Below are positions 63,294 through 64,000 of a stretch of 64,000 nucleotides of DNA, piece by piece. The notes beneath the pieces were generated by a model that saw only the letters and a list, made by a program, of their open reading frames with translations, did no database searches and had not been told where the DNA came from. This DNA is from Podarcis liolepis (Eukaryota), in the NCBI GenBank assembly GCA_965112155.1, contig OZ218100.1; one strand, 5' to 3'. A program made the position numbers and the translations under genes. How positions within the stretch are numbered: position 1 is the stretch's first letter; each line of letters begins with the position of its first letter.

Positions 63294-63523
63294 CAGTGGT
63301 ACCTCAGTTTATGAACTTAATCCATTCCAGAAGTCTGTTCTTAAACCAAAACTCTTCTTAAACCAAGGCATGCTTTCCCTAATGAGGCCTCCCGCCACCG
63401 GTAGCCTTCGACCATTCTTAGACCGAGGTAAAGTTCTCAAACCAAGATACTATTTCTGGTTTTGCTGAGTTTGTAAACCAAATCGTTCTTAAACTGGACT
63501 GTTCTTAAACCGAGGTACCACTG
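63294..63523. mobile_element. Tigger-like MITE (related subfamily)
   Basis: TA-cagtggtacctc ... gaggtaccactg-TA. Confidence 0.82.
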
Positions 63524-63728
63524 TAATATTTTAAATAACCAACTAAGAACTAATATAATCAAGTTCTATGATTCACTAAATACATACAAAGTTGCACATG
63601 AATATTCTAAAAGATGTAATATTCCATATAACTTTACTTACATTACAGGGATTCAAATGTCTAGGATAAAGTGGATTTTATATTTTATATAATTTGAAGT
63701 TTTTTTAACTTTTAGTATCCTGTTTTAT

Positions 63729-63981
63729 CCTGCCCACCTAGCAGTTCGAAAGCACCCTTAAGTGCAAGTAGATAAATAGGTACCGCTTTATAGCGGGAAG
63801 GTAAACGGTGTTCCGTGTGCTGCGCTGGTGCAGGCTCACCAGAGCAGCGATGTCACACTGGCCACGTGACCCGGAGGTGTCTGCGGACGGCGCCGGCTCC
63901 CGGCCTCTAGAGTGAGATGAGCGCACAACCCTAGAGTCTGACAAGACTGGCCCATACGGGCAGGGGTACCTTTACATTTAC
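63729..63981 (+). mobile_element. 5'-truncated Sauria SINE with TSD
   Basis: Body matches copy at 23456; TSD tatcctg(t/a)tttat at 63716-63728 and 63982-63994. Confidence 0.88.
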
Positions 63982-64000
63982 CTATCCTGATTTATTATGA

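Overview
Vertebrate genomic DNA, most likely a lacertid lizard (abundant Sauria/POM-type SINEs); no prokaryotic system, CRISPR array or rRNA/tRNA gene is present. Three spliced genes were reconstructed by eye with GT-AG junctions and continuous reading frames: C1orf100/SPMIP3 (+, 4 coding exons, about 169 aa, missed almost entirely by the ORF track), ADSS2 adenylosuccinate synthetase (-, 13 coding exons, 1362 nt, 453 aa, complete) and the first 11 coding exons of CATSPERE (+, 667 codons, runs off the window). This matches the order I recall for human 1q44. ADSS2 and CATSPERE are head-to-head on one CpG island with start codons 485 bp apart, with paired ZNF143-like sites and RFX/MYB motifs. Introns carry Sauria SINEs, CR1/L2/L1 fragments, several MITE families, a 3.1-kb decayed Tigger transposon interrupted by a solo LTR, and a Penelope-like inverted remnant retaining a minimal hammerhead ribozyme core. 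Gene and repeat family names rest on recalled similarity, not database searches. I found nothing I can call a new biological system; the best leads are the shared promoter, the hammerhead remnant and the nested transposon.
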